NCBI GenBank assembly: GCA_963790305.1
Contig: CAWBOC010000005.1
Span: forward strand, 833,916 to 897,915
Direction: 5' to 3'
Source: an uncultured Gemmatimonadaceae bacterium
GTDB taxonomy: Bacteria > Gemmatimonadota > Gemmatimonadetes > Gemmatimonadales > Gemmatimonadaceae
DNA length: 64,000 nt
Shown here piece after piece: positions 63,547-64,000 of this stretch; the stretch's first letter is position 1; each line of letters begins with the position of its first letter. The notes below the pieces were generated by a model. The model did not search any database and was not told the origin of the DNA. It was given only the letters and a program-made list of their open reading frames with translations. The translations under genes and the position numbers were made by a program.

Positions 63547-64000
63547 AGAAGTGGCTGAGGCGCATCCGCGCTGCGGTGACCATGGGGCTGCTTTGGGCCG
63601 TGCCATGGGCAGTGGTTGCGCTCCTGATCGGATTGGTCGTGGATCCAAACGAATCCATGGATGAGATGTGGCCGTTGATCGGAGCGTACCCTGGGTTCCT
63701 CGGGGGTGTGCTCTTTTCCATCGTGCTCTCGATTGCGGAGCGCCGTCGAAAGCTGAGTGACTTGTCGGTGCGGCGATTCGGTGCCTGGGGCGCGGCTGCT
63801 GGTCTGGTCATCGGCGTGCTCCCGTTCCTGCTCGGGACGCCGAGTGCGCGATGCTGCGCGGCTTGCGACCGTGGTCATCGGTTCGTTCACGCTGATGAGC
63901 GCGGCCTCGGCCGCCGGCTCGCTGGCGCTGGCGCGAAGAGGGGAAGCACGCGAGCGACTCGACTCCGGCGCGGGCGACGCGAGGCTCGGCGACGGCGAGT
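63543..64000 (+). CDS. Hypothetical membrane protein, truncated at window end, apparent frameshift near 63850
   Basis: MKKWLRRIRAAVTMGLLWAVPW... with ATGA overlap; a hydrophobic helix continues in another frame (VVIGSFTLMSAASAAGSLALARR). Confidence 0.65.
   Translation, partial: MKKWLRRIRAAVTMGLLWAVPWAVVALLIGLVVDPNESMDEMWPLIGAYPGFLGGVLFSIVLSIAERRRKLSDLSVRRFGAWGAAAGLVIGVLPFLLGTPSARCCAACDRGHRFVHADERGLGRRLAGAGAKRGSTRATRLRRGRREARRRR

Overview
High-GC bacterial chromosome segment, probably from Gemmatimonadota (a judgement from gene repertoire and style, not a database result). Content is mostly housekeeping and stress related: the tail of a Tad pilus locus followed by a pseudo-JAB membrane protein, several ABC transporters, a sufBCD-sufU-Rieske-sufS Fe-S operon, split transketolase, RNase D, SufT, an ECF sigma/anti-sigma/PDZ cluster, a quinone/thiol-stress cluster (3 DoxX, 2 VOC dioxygenases, MarR), Ada-AlkA, FtsH, YceI, HtrA, NamZ, a KaiC-like ATPase read in frame with a histidine kinase, and an ABC-permease/M1-peptidase. 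I saw no rRNA, tRNA, CRISPR array, transposase or prophage genes. Main observations: (1) about 12 intergenic palindromes built from tandem 7- or 9-mers, in several sequence families, some of which encode protein C-termini; (2) a MarR operator (GTGTTATAACAC) readable at three loci up to ~11 kb apart; (3) a KaiC-like/pseudo-receiver/histidine kinase ORF that may be a true fusion or an indel artefact; (4) a catalytically degenerate JAB/MPN membrane protein next to tad genes. At least 7 apparent frameshifts suggest an unpolished long-read assembly, so fusion and pseudogene calls need caution.
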